A stretch of DNA of 64,000 bases from the NCBI GenBank assembly GCA_030295235.1, contig AP026126.1:1612001-1676000 (forward strand), in the 5' to 3' direction. The stretch is from Fistulifera solaris. Its lineage: Eukaryota. The notes beneath the pieces are model-generated. The model was not told the origin of the DNA, searched no databases, and was given only the letters and a program-made list of their open reading frames with translations. The position numbers and the translations under genes were made by a program. Position 1 is the stretch's first letter; each line of letters opens with the position of its first letter. Positions 50,865 through 62,420 of this stretch are shown here, in pieces.

Positions 50865-52401
50865 TTAGATAGTTTCCTTTTGAACGGAATCAATGGACTC
50901 AGATAGATCCTTTTGCGCATAGCTTTTCTTTCGACGGAGCGCAGCAACGGCAAGGCACGCAACAAGAATGACACCCGCGAGAGCGCCCACAACAATTCCT
51001 ACCACAGCCCCTGTTTCAAGAGATTCATCAGACGAATACACAGCGGGGCAATCCAAATATTCATCGCGATGAAAGTCTTCATCGAAACAAGCATATTCAC
51101 CACCATCGAGACCAACTGTGCGGTGCGCAATGCCGCTAACATCGACCTCCGGGATGCACGACGTTCCTCGGTGAATGCGCTTTGCCTTGCTTAAGGCGGC
51201 ACCAACAATCTGCAAAATCTCAGTGGCATGGCGATACGAAAGGGCACCACCACCGATGGCCCAATAAGCGTACTGACCAGCTCGGAGGGCCTTATCGGGG
51301 AAGGTCGACTGAGCGAACTCGGGGTTGAGTACATTCAGCGTTTGGCGATCATCGTACAACCAGAAATCAACAGGGTACTTGGGCTGAGCATCCGCACACT
51401 CCGCTAAAGTACTAGCTGTGCAGTTGCCGAAGAATGCGCGGTTCGACACAGTTTCCCAGAAGAAGCCAAGGGGACAGGAGGTTTGGTTGGCTTCCAATGC
51501 ACAGTCGACGTGCATGAGAGGCAACCCGAGTTCTTCAAACATGCGTAGTACCATGTCATCCGGTGGGTTGGCAAGGAAGGTGTCCTCGTCGGGGCCAATT
51601 CCAAAATAGGCGGCCATGGCTCGAACACCACGAGAATGCGCATCTCCAGCAATTTGTTGAAACTCAGCAGCCGCTTGGCACATTTCTCGTTGATCATTGT
51701 CGACCGAACGGGGGATATCAATGCCCAGTGCCTCAGCCAAGGTCCTCAATTGATTGATCAAATCAATCATGGACTTGCCATAACAGCGATCATCATTCCC
51801 AGGACGACAATCGGGTCCAGTTTGAGAAACGTCAATGAACACGACAGGCTTGCCCGTGATCCTCTCAATTTCCGGTACATATTCCGTAATGTATCGTACT
51901 TCATGTCGGTAACCCAACGTGAGGAAAGCATCGACCTTCACATCGGCTAGCAATGTCGTGTCTATCGTCATGCATCGCTCACCCGGCAGACAGTCCGGAG
52001 AGAGATTTACGGTAGAGGCCAAAAACTGCAAATCTTCAGGAGATGGATCACTTGTGAAGCTAGATTTTCCCGTTGGGTCGGTAACATCCAAATCAGAGGC
52101 TTCACCACCCCATTGTCCGTACACACCAGCGAGCTGATCTGGCTTTAATCCTAAGAAACGTGAAGGAGGAAGATTTGTGAGCGTGTGCGAAATATCACAT
52201 CGTTTTGAGAAATGACACCAAAAAAGCAATTCATACCAAGATGGAATAGCGAAACCGCAAGATAGGACCACGCCACAATGTTAGGCTTCCCTTCAAAAGT
52301 GTGCGTTACACCCAAATCATCCGTGAAGGTTCGGGGGCCGCAGCAGTAGGGGCTACACCAGCGATGAAGAAGAGAGTGAGCGCCAAACTAGATTTCCACA
52401 T
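50865..52401 (-). CDS. FBP1: Ferrichrome/hydroxamate siderophore-binding protein-like (periplasmic-binding fold) with signal peptide and C-terminal TM anchor; intron 52151-52236
   Basis: Exon 1 (after +1 C at 52333-52337) reads MWKSSLALTLFFIAGVAPTAAAPRTFTDDLGVTHTFEGKPNIVAWSYLAVSLFHLG. Also FFWETVS, DFWLYDDR, and TM AVVGIVVGALAGVILVACLAVAAL-RRKK. Confidence 0.75.
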
Positions 52402-52850
52402 GGTTGTCAACAAATGATGCCGCACTACAGATTCCGTCAAATGTTGACTTGTGAGGATAGGATTTTCAAAAATGATATCTTTGATTTTGATAGTAAGTTT
52501 TGTGGATTTGCGGTTGCACTATGATCTATGATCTACACCCGGCGCGTGCCTGACGCACTCTGACATGGTTCTCTGTTCATAGTCTGAAAGTCCCGACTCC
52601 CAACTGCATGAGTGTCAACTGTCAACTACACTTTTTGTTTGTACAAAGTACGTAGTTTTTTCCAACTACCACCTACATTTTTTATGCACTTGTCTTTTAT
52701 TAGAGTATTACGTGCTCTAATGCGAATGATAACTTCCTAAATGCTCTAATTCTAAATTGGTGACCAATCAACGAGGAGAAGGCGTGTGCTATACGCGTGT
52801 TGCTATCCTCACACCACCGAACACTGATTTCTAAAGACCTCTTCCACATT

Positions 52851-53100
52851 CATTTCTAACCGGACGTTTCGTATTATTTCGTATTTTCGTATTTCGCGTG
52901 CGAAAATACGAATACGAATCTTCCGGTTAGAAATGGCAGTTTCGTAATTCGTGTTTTCGTATTTCGCGCGGGCGCACACTAGGAATTTTCACGAGACAAG
53001 ACTGAAATAAAAAATACTCCGTACGGAGTACGAAAGTTGTCCTCCATCATTGTCTCCGTTAAAGCTCGGATACTAGAGGTACGAACAAGAAATACGAAAG
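52851..53100. repeat. Foldback/palindrome cluster with TTCGTATT/AATACGAA sub-repeats
   Basis: 14-bp IR CATTTCTAACCGGA (52851-52864)/TCCGGTTAGAAATG (52922-52935) enclosing opposed TTCGTATT arrays; partial duplicate at 52939-52970; perfect 16-bp palindrome TACTCCGTACGGAGTA at 53015-53030. Confidence 0.8.
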
Positions 53101-53539
53101 TAGAAAATCAGCTCTCTGATGCGACGTAGCAAATGATGCACAAAAGGAGAGTCTATAACCTTATTGATCAAGGCATTAAAGGATGATCTGTATGCGTCGT
53201 CACTTTGTATTGTGTACGAAGCCTTAAGACAAAAGCAACAACTAAGGTGCTGCAAGTTTTATTTGTTCATTTAAAAATAGTTCGGAACATCTCAGATCTA
53301 CGAAGATGGAGATCAACTATGGTCATTATTTGGTTCTCTATTCGAAATGCTTTGAAAGGATTAAAACCGATTAAGCCAACATCGTCTAAGACTGCTTGCA
53401 AATTATTAACTTACTTTATTCTCTTAACTTCATTTGATCGACCTTTAAGAATATAAAGTTGCTTGGGTTGAATTAGATGCCAAGTTAAAGCAAATAGAAG
53501 CGACAATTTTGTTCAACGATAAGTGATTGTTCGAAAGAC

Positions 53540-54416
53540 CTAATCCGCGCGCGCTTTCTTACTCGGACGTTCTTCGTTTTCGTCGTCATACTCGTCATCA
53601 GTTTCAGCTTCACCGTCCGGATCGGCGAGGCGTTCGCTTTCTTTTTCTAGCTGCTGGGTTCCTGCCCAAATTCCGGCCGTCGGAGTCGGCCCGTAATCAT
53701 CTTCCGAATCACTGTCGGTCTCGGCATTTCCATCGTCATCGTCCGTCTCATCCTCCCCGGCATTTTTCTTCTGCTCAATTTTCCTGCCCTTACGTTCTTC
53801 CTCTTGTTTCCTTTTCAGCTCTAATCGCTTTTCGCGGGCAACTTGTACAGCAGCCAAATTCTGACCATATTTGTTACCAAAAATATTTCTAGGCCCAGCC
53901 CCCTTTCCTGAAGCACATCCTCTGCATCCCGTCTAGTTGTACCGAAGACGAGTGAGGATCGTGTATTCAAAATGATCTTTGACTCGAAACACTTACCGTC
54001 GGATCCTGCGCTTTCTTTTGCTCTTCAGAACGATCAAACCAGGGAACTCTGCAAATACTTGTTGTCCCGAATTTGTAGTTCGATGGATTGATAACATAGG
54101 TACTACAGAGTCGCTCGTAACCTTTCTTCTTCCATTTTGCGATGAGAGCAGCATCCACCATTTTTGATCTAAACAATACTGATAGACCTGCTTGCTGATT
54201 TTTTTGATGTGTATAAAACAAATCGTAAATGTACCTTGATTTCTGCCAGTTGATTTGGTGAATCGGCCAAACGGATTCGGTCTTCCGCTTGTTCAAATTC
54301 GACTCTTTCACTTTGTCACGAAGTTCATTTTCAAGAGCTTCTAAAACAGGTTCAACGTATTCAAAACCCGGCGGAGGCTTGCGATTTCTACTGTTCCATT
54401 TCTGCGGTAGAGGCAT
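53540..54416 (-). CDS. BUD31: BUD31/G10 splicing factor with acidic C-terminal extension (intron 53933-53996; frameshift)
   Basis: KPPPGFEYVEPVL, ESVWPIHQINWQKSRYIYDLFY, DAALIAKWKKKGYERLC, ICRVP, spliced TGCRGCASG. Confidence 0.9.
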
Positions 54417-55011
54417 TGTATGAGAAAACAACCAATGTGCAAAAGGAACGAATAGCAAAAAAAAGTTACCAAGCGCAATGGTCGAAGGTACATTTCGAAG
54501 TTTAAGACTTGAGACTTGAGACGAGGTATTACGACCAACGACGGACGCACCTTGGCATGTTCTGTCGATAAGTTTTTACCAGTACGAGGCCTACGAGATT
54601 TCCACGTAGACATTCGAAGCGTCGTATCTTTGCTTTTTCCTCTGTTTGATGTTCCAAGTAATATCAATTCTTGTTAAGGGGCTCTATAAATGTATGTTGA
54701 TGAGTGTTTTGAGCTTCGATGAGATTGTCTCCATTTTTAGCAAACGTTTTCCATAGCTGCCATCATGCGTAGCTCTTGGCGTAGCTGCCAGTGCACTGAC
54801 TGTCATATATTTAACGTCCCGACACGGTTCTTTACGCTAATAATTTCAAAGCACGGATTCAACGCCAATCTGCCAGAATTTTCAGCCGAACGCATCGCTT
54901 TTGTCACCAACAGTTGCTCCTTTGTGTGAGAGTCAAGCAATTTGCGCATAATTGCTCATCACAAGTCACCACAGGTTCTCTTATAAAGTTTTTGAAATTG
55001 AGAAAATCGTA

Positions 55012-56839
55012 ATGGGGTACTTTTCGCGTGCAGCCCTCTTTGCTGTAATCGCCTTGATCGGAACAATCGAACTCGTCGAATCGAGCGGGAGGAGTGTGAG
55101 ATCAAGTCCCCGCTCGATTGCACACAAAAACAGAAATTTCGTAGTATCACGATCTAGTACTCGACACAGCAGATATCTGGCTATAGACACCGTTTGGAGT
55201 GAAGTCAATAGCGGTTCAACCATCTACGAGAAACACAAGTCGCACTTTGAAAATAGATCCAGTCCGAAAGCTAACGCAAGGATAAAGCGCAGACTGCCCT
55301 CAGAAGACGAACACAACAATGTCTTTGCAAGAAAAGGACACGAATCGAAGAAGAGTAGCGGTAAAGGTTCAAAAAAGACGAGTAAAAGCTCTAGTGACTC
55401 GTCCGAAGCCCCTGTCCCTACCTCAGCTCCGTCACCGCCGCCGACAGTCGCGCCGACCACACCACTTCCCACCTTGACTCCCACTACGGAAATGACCAGT
55501 GGTAAAGGTAGAAGCGGTAAAGGCACTAGTAAAAAAGACAAGCAAAAGATCGAGTAAGTCATCTGAAGCCCCGATCCCAACCTCAACTCCATCGCCACCA
55601 CCCACAGCGGCACCGACCACACCAGTTCCCACCTCGACTCCTACCACGAAAATGCCCAGTGAGAAAGGTGGAAACGGTAAAGGATCCAGCAAAAAGACGA
55701 GCAAAAGCTCGAGTAAGTCATCCGTAGTTCCCAGCCCAACATGGGCTCCATCACCGAGACCGACGTCGTCACCTACTGTTCTACCTCCCACAGCAACTCC
55801 TACTTCCTCTCCAACACCTGCTCCGACAAGTGAACTCACGGAAGAGCCCACAACAACATACACCTCCAAATCAAGCAAAAAGAGTGGCAAGGGTTCAAAG
55901 AAAGGCAAAAAAAGCCAGCCATCTCCGTCCCCATCTCCAGCCGTACCTACTTCGCCATCTCCAGATCCTCCGACTCCCGTAGCGCCAACAGTTGTGCCAC
56001 CGACACCAACTGCGCCAGTTCCAAACCCGCCAACACCGACAGCTCCAATACCAACATCACCACCTGTGGAGGCACCAATACCTCCGACACCGACCCCTGT
56101 TGAGACTTCGTCACCTACGACGGGTTCAGCTCCGACAGAAATGCCAGTTCCCACAACTCCAGCCCCCACAAGGCCTCCGACCGATGGTCCTGTGGTAGCC
56201 GCAACTCCCTTTTGCGCCGAGTATACAGGAGCCAGCGGAATCGGTACGGAAGCAGACTCCGTTGCTGCTGCCCAAGAGACGTGTATACACATTTCGGAGT
56301 ACATCGTCGAATCCTTCGAACTAAATATCGAAGAAGACATCACTGGAGTCAATTGCGATCAAAGTGGAGCTGCATCTGGCGATCCGCCACAAATATGCTT
56401 TGACTTGGAAGTGACTTTAGAACCGGGGTTGTCGAGCTCTCCATCGACAGGCGACCTTGATATTTTGATCGCAGTCTCCTTGCAAGACCCGACAGTGCAG
56501 GGTTTGTACGACCGATTGACAGCTTTACCCGCAAACAATCCCTATTCAAGCACAACGTCAGTGGTTCAGTCAGAAGGTCCTCTATCATTGAGTATTGTTG
56601 CGCTGATTGGACAGAATCCAACACTCTCGTCATCTTTGGTATTGATGGGAGTCCTTGTAGCAATTCTATTTCATCGGTGCTATGGACATTCACGATTTCC
56701 TACAACAGATAATTACCGAAGTCGCGATATAAGGAATGATCCGTGGAGTATGCTCGACCGTGATTGTCATGTGCTATTTTCAATTGACGAAAATGGAGAG
56801 GAGGAAACCTTTGCGCGCCTGACGCCATTCAAAGACTAG
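55012..56839 (+). CDS. Secreted/membrane-anchored silaffin-like K/S-rich and P/T-rich repeat protein (frameshift ~55530)
   Basis: Signal peptide MGYFSRAALFAVIALIGTIELVES, RRL site, repeated SKKSSGKGSKKTSKSS blocks alternating with PTxAP mucin-like tracts, Cys-containing globular domain, C-terminal TM. Confidence 0.75.
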
Positions 56840-57374
56840 TGCGCCGATCCAAGTGTTCGTTTACCATAATTTGTAACAAAAAGATACAATTCTTCGTTTA
56901 CCTCAAATTTCAAAACTGCTAGAAGCAATGTCATAGTTTCTAACTAGGAAGCAATGATGCCCAGAGAGTAATGGTCTGGCCCAGGATATGTCGGACTACC
57001 CTGTGAGAAGGTCAGAGAAGAAAGCATTTAAACTGATGCATTGGCAATTGAAATGGAAGCCGGAAGGATCACTTAGCAAGGTAACGATACAGCAGCCATT
57101 TGAGAGAGTTTTTGTTCTTCTCCTGGTCTCGACATGGTACGGTAGCTGCCGTCAAAGTTAAAATCGAAAAAAAATCTGCCGTGTGGCTCTTTGATCAATA
57201 GTAAAAAATATTAGTACCGTTGAGTCACGCTGGTTCGTTTACAGTCAAAACGATACACTTCGCGGTTTCGGCGGAGGGAAATCTATCGCACGCGATGAGA
57301 ACGCAATGGCATAACATCATAAAAATGCATTCCTGAATATATTACCAGTTGCTTCTGTTTCAATTGAAAACACC

Positions 57375-58570
57375 ATGTTAGCTGCACGCACTGATCGAAC
57401 GCCCACTACAGGAAAGAAAAAACGTAGTTTCGCATGGCCATTCGGGCACAAAATTCGTAAAGGTATTGCGAAAGAAGCGAGACACAAGAGTCACCTTGCG
57501 CGAGGTCCAGCACTCTTGACAAACGGTACACCGCCGTCTTCCACGGCTTCACCGCACAATGGACAGAACGGAGTGCAAACATCGATGCGTTCTCAAAACG
57601 GGAATCGAGAATTTCCTGACGATTTGGCTCATTCGTCTTCTCAACCGAAAGGGAACACTGCGATACATCGTTTCGAAAAGACGGATACGGATAGTCTACC
57701 ATCCCGATTTCGACGTGGCCTTGCACCGGCAAAACTTCACGCTATGCCTCACGCTCACCCTCCGCAACCAAAAACCGTTTCGTATAAGGTACCCATGAAA
57801 GAAGGATCCGAATCGGACCGTGGAGTGTCAAGAGGAGTCAATGGGAAGCAACCAACCCATCCCGATGCACCGCTCGTTACAAAAGCCTCCCGAGCACGAC
57901 CACGAGGAACTGCTTGGCTTCGTAACTCAGTTTATTTTCGAAAAATATGTGATGGCGCTTTTGAAGGCATAGATGTGGATAAATCGGGTTCCGTCGACAA
58001 AAAAGAATTGTACTCCGGGATACTCCTCGTGCACTTGAATTTGGGAATGTACTTGGGACCCGCGGCTTGCAAGCCCTTAGATCGTGACAAGTGCAACTCA
58101 ATCTTTGAAAAGATGGACGTGGATCGTTCTGGAACTCTCGGCAAGGAAGAATTTCGTAACGTGATGATCTTTTTGTTCGGAAACGTGCTGCTACGGGTGA
58201 TTGTGCAATGGACGGCCACAGTGACGCTCGTTCCCATAGTAGCACAGCATGCCCTCAACTGGCTTTACTACGCCTGTGGAAGTTTGTATGAAACAATATC
58301 GACCTTGGATGACCGTTTCATTTTGGCTAATTGGGTCGAAGCTGCATTGAAGGCAACCTTTCAGTTTATTCTGCGATGTCTTCCGGGTCCGACGTTGCTT
58401 GTCATCAGTGAAGTCAACGACTTTCTTCAAGGACTACCGCATTCCGTATGGAATGCTGCACCTCTGCGCTGCTCTCATCTATCTTGGGCATTGTAGTCGT
58501 GCCATGGATAATCTTCCAGATTGATGATTTCTTCCAGTGGCTAGCTAGTCGTGCTATCCGGCGAAAATGA
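57375..58570 (+). CDS. EF-hand calcium-binding membrane protein (frameshift near 58480)
   Basis: Two EF-hand loops DVDKSGSVDKKE and DVDRSGTLGKEE followed by hydrophobic segments. Confidence 0.75.
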
Positions 58571-58680
58571 ATTTATTTCAAGCAAGATTTCGAACCTGCG
58601 AAAGCATCTGCAGTAATGGTTGACAGGTTGACTGTACTTTTACATAGAATTGAAAATAGGTGTTAGCATGATGTTACATC

Positions 58681-60375
58681 CTAATTGTTGCCTAGATTGT
58701 TGGAGACGATTTGGAGATCTTCTTGACAGCCAACTTCCCCCCAACGAAGGTAGTGCGTAACAACCAGTGCCCCTTGGATCCCACAAAAGAGCATAAATGA
58801 CAAAAATACTCCTTCCAAGCTCTTTCCTAAAGGCGAGGCAAGGGATAATATCATTGCAGCTACACCCGTGGAACAAAATATCATGAGCTCGCGAAAATTC
58901 GAAAGTCCCAACAATATTCCCTCACCGGCCACTCCAGGTCCATTAATGACATGCAGTATAGAAGCTAGTATAGCCGGTAGTTTGACCGCTTCTTGAACTT
59001 CCGGTACTGTAGAAAAGAAGGGCGCGAGCGTCATTGCCGCTGCAAATTGAGCGACACCCAACAAAATCCCCGCCACCGATCCCCACGCCAAGATACGATC
59101 CGCCAACTGACGAGCGTCTTCTTCACCGCTTTTCGCCAGTGTTGATGGAACCAAAGTTGCGGCGGTTCCTTGAATAGCAACGTGTACCAATATACCAATC
59201 GTATACAATTGCATGACGACACTGTGCGCCGCTGCGGCGACTCCGGTCGGATCCAGGGTTTGAGCCCTCCGAGCTCCCGCTACAAGTGCCACATTGATCG
59301 CCAACTGTCGTCCCAACATGGATACACTTCCTTGCAACAATGGTGCCAGTGATTGTTTAGAGGGAGGGCGAAAGACTTTGGACCACCGGATTAAGTTTCG
59401 CCGCAGTAACAATCGGGTGTAGGTGAAACCCGAAAAGATTTCCGATACGGCCGTTGCTAAAGCCGCTCCCGTGACTTTGAGAGGAGTGAAGAAGATCATG
59501 AGAGGATCGAGTACTAGATTCAAAATGTTGGTCGCCATGCTGACTTTGAGAGGAGTGACGGTATCGAGGAGTCCTCGGAAGGCAGCAAAACCGATCGCTG
59601 AAATTAAGACGGGCACCATACTCAAAGCTCGGACGCGCAGATAAGGAGCAGCATACTCTGTAGCGGGTGCCCCTGCCGGCAGTACCAAGCGGAGAGCCTG
59701 CAGGGGAAAAACAACAAGAACAAGAGTACCGATGATGCCGAGTAGATTGGAAAGAAAGAGTGATTCACAGACGCGATCCCTCGCCTCGTCTTCATTACCA
59801 GAACCGACCGCTGAAGCCACCAATGGAGCCGTAATCGTCGGCAAGTAGTTCACTAGAAAGTAGATGGTGAAGAAGGCTTGATTAGCGGCGGCTTGCCCCG
59901 CCAACGCCAAAGCAATCCCCAATCGTCCGACCCAAAATGTATCAACGGCGTTGACGACCGGCACGGCGACCATATTGATAATGGAAGGTATTGCCGTATT
60001 CAAAATAACACGATCAAGATCACGACTCTCCCAAGGATAGAGTGCCGAGTTTTCGCGCTGTGTCCATTTTCCGGGAAGGGCGTCCCAGAATCGTTGACGT
60101 CGACTTTTCGGTGGCTGGGGAGGAACGGCGAGCACGGATAACAAGCGATTGTTCGCTTCGAGCATTGATTTTTTTGTAGGATGTTCCATCGATATTGATG
60201 GTGTATAAGAAGCACTGTCATTGTCTTGATGATGTTTTGCATTGGCTTGAAGGAAGACGACTGATCTACGAGCGGATGCTTGGAGAGACGGACTCCGTCG
60301 GAACGATGTTTGAAACGCCACTGCATTTATTGACAGTGTCATCAAGACCCGCAGAAAGACGACGTCTACTCTCAT
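58681..60375 (-). CDS. MATE (DinF-like) efflux transporter, probable plastid leader
   Basis: PVVNAVDTFWVGRLG, FRGLLDTVTPL, NLVLDPLMIF, GAALATAVSE; ~12 TM; leader AVA-FQTS. Confidence 0.9.
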   Translation of the reverse strand: MRVDVVFLRVLMTLSINAVAFQTSFRRSPSLQASARRSVVFLQANAKHHQDNDSASYTPSISMEHPTKKSMLEANNRLLSVLAVPPQPPKSRRQRFWDALPGKWTQRENSALYPWESRDLDRVILNTAIPSIINMVAVPVVNAVDTFWVGRLGIALALAGQAAANQAFFTIYFLVNYLPTITAPLVASAVGSGNEDEARDRVCESLFLSNLLGIIGTLVLVVFPLQALRLVLPAGAPATEYAAPYLRVRALSMVPVLISAIGFAAFRGLLDTVTPLKVSMATNILNLVLDPLMIFFTPLKVTGAALATAVSEIFSGFTYTRLLLRRNLIRWSKVFRPPSKQSLAPLLQGSVSMLGRQLAINVALVAGARRAQTLDPTGVAAAAHSVVMQLYTIGILVHVAIQGTAATLVPSTLAKSGEEDARQLADRILAWGSVAGILLGVAQFAAAMTLAPFFSTVPEVQEAVKLPAILASILHVINGPGVAGEGILLGLSNFRELMIFCSTGVAAMILSLASPLGKSLEGVFLSFMLFCGIQGALVVTHYLRWGEVGCQEDLQIVSNNLGNN

Positions 60376-60766
60376 GAAAAAATTTGATGATCAGTTTGAA
60401 AAAAATGGTTCCTAGAAAGAAAGAAAGATGGACGGCTTTGTGTGAAGCATAGGTTTGACTTCGTCTTTCCTTCCAATGGGAGATCTTTCGGGGGACGGAA
60501 AATGGCGGAAAATAAGGAAACGTCATTCAGTAACCGTGAGTGACTGATCGCGAGTCACGCACGCATCATTCTTTTCTCGAAACAACTCGCGAAACGTATT
60601 GATATCTATGGTCTGGCATCGCCCGTTGGAGCCAGGTTGACACACACACTCACACAGCTGAAGCACAAAAAAAAAACGAAAACGCAACTGCATTGCGAAC
60701 AATCATCAATTATTTATCTCCTCTACGAACTAACGAAAAATCTTCCGAGCATGCATCATGTATAGA

Positions 60767-61795
60767 TTATATATCTCGCTTCGCAATGACGTTACAAACT
60801 TTTCTTGGGATGAATTCCTTCGTCCGAAAGTCCAGGGATCGAGGTACTCTCGGTCTTTCCTCCTTTGTTGTCGTCGTTGTAGTTGCTGTCGTCATTTTCT
60901 TCTCCTTCTCGCCCTGGAAACTATTTCTGATTTCACCAAACAGAGTAGGCCCCGCTTTCAAGGACAAAATCACAAGAAAGGCATTGAACAAACTCATCCG
61001 CTTGAAAGGCATTTCATTGCCGCCAGTCAAGGCCGCCCGCAGGAACATGAACGAATGCAACGCAAAGGTGATGACAGCTTGCGTATTCCACCACGCGAAG
61101 CGTTCCACCGATCGATCAAACACTAAAATATCAAGAATTGAATACGCCGAAGTCAAATAAAAGACTCCTCCAAGCTTGCTGGCGAATCTCGAAATATCGT
61201 CAAGGGCGTTCTGTTCCACCGACATCTTTCTCCACAAACCCCAACCTTCTCCACCGATAAACATCTCGGGGCGACCCATCATGATAATGGAAGAGGCGAT
61301 ACCGTGCATCAAATGAATAGTAAGAAGCATCACTTGATTTGGTTGAAGTTTCGTGCGGGGAGCATTGTCTTTCGTGGCAGAAAAGTATCGAATCATATCG
61401 GAAATGACCCACAAAATGTTGCCAATTTGGAGACCTGCTTTCAATCCCGTCATGACCGGACTCAACATGGAGGTGGGATCAGCCGCCAAGGCAGCACGGA
61501 GAAACACAATCGACAAGAGCACCGCATTGAACAATTTTGTCTTGAGGAAGGCTCGTTTCTGCAACACGGTCTTGGCGAGCAGTTGCATGATTCCCGTACT
61601 GAGGAACCATGCCCCGGATGCCATGATTGGAATACGATTCGCCGCATCGTGTTGGTGCGACGCGGTGCGAGCAATGTAGGAAACGGCACGCAACAAGCCA
61701 GTCTCGGGATGGAGTAAGGCATTTGGTGCAAAGTAGGCGAGCACGCCGTCGAACAACGGCTCAGTGGCAAGGATGGAAGATGTTAAGAGCGTCAT
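60767..61795 (-). CDS. Hypothetical multi-pass membrane protein
   Basis: 345-aa ORF with ~8 hydrophobic segments and an internal two-fold repeat (LFNAVLL/LFNAFLV, FLRAAL twice, LKAG twice). Confidence 0.6.
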   Translation of the reverse strand: MTLLTSSILATEPLFDGVLAYFAPNALLHPETGLLRAVSYIARTASHQHDAANRIPIMASGAWFLSTGIMQLLAKTVLQKRAFLKTKLFNAVLLSIVFLRAALAADPTSMLSPVMTGLKAGLQIGNILWVISDMIRYFSATKDNAPRTKLQPNQVMLLTIHLMHGIASSIIMMGRPEMFIGGEGWGLWRKMSVEQNALDDISRFASKLGGVFYLTSAYSILDILVFDRSVERFAWWNTQAVITFALHSFMFLRAALTGGNEMPFKRMSLFNAFLVILSLKAGPTLFGEIRNSFQGEKEKKMTTATTTTTTKEERPRVPRSLDFRTKEFIPRKVCNVIAKRDI

Positions 61796-62420
61796 GTTGA
61801 TCAATTTTGTGAGAATGCTTCGATTTTATGTAGAGTACTGACTTTATACGTGATTTCATCGGTTCTCAAAACCATGCGAACGCGTTCTGTCTAAAGTGAC
61901 TTGACGCGTCAGTGAGCGGAAACTTCGAAAACATGGATCATTCTCATTCGCGATGTGTCATAAAATTGTTGAAAATATCCAGCAATAGAAGAATCGAAGA
62001 AGGCGATCGGAACAAGGATGGATCGACAGAAGTAAGTGCATTTTTGTAGAAGCAATAACTCTAGACTCTAGACGACGAAATTTGCTGTCAAACACGAGTC
62101 ACGAGTTCACCACTCTAACAATATCTTGCCAGATACAAGTACATCGTGAAGAAACTACCTGGTACCGGTCGAATTCCTAAACCAACTGCCTTTCAGACAT
62201 AAGTCAACAATATCCGAGAAAAAAGCGTGGAACTATACTTTGCTATTTGCTCTTTTTGGCGGGGTTAAAGCCTTTGTGTTTATCAGGAACATTTGATATC
62301 TTGTTAATGTTGCTCTCTTGTGATTTTCCCCGAAACAATCACGATCTCAATCAACTTCGTTCAACGAGAGACGGGAATTAATGCTCGATGGTTCATAGTT
62401 CATATTCTTTTCAATGTTAC

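Noticed and set aside
53221..53520. AT-rich tract as a diatom centromere
   Set aside because: Only ~300 bp at roughly 33% GC; too short and mild to call without CENH3 data.
55224..56352. Long Gly/Val-rich minus-strand ORFs
   Set aside because: Antisense shadow of the Pro/Thr-rich plus-strand gene.
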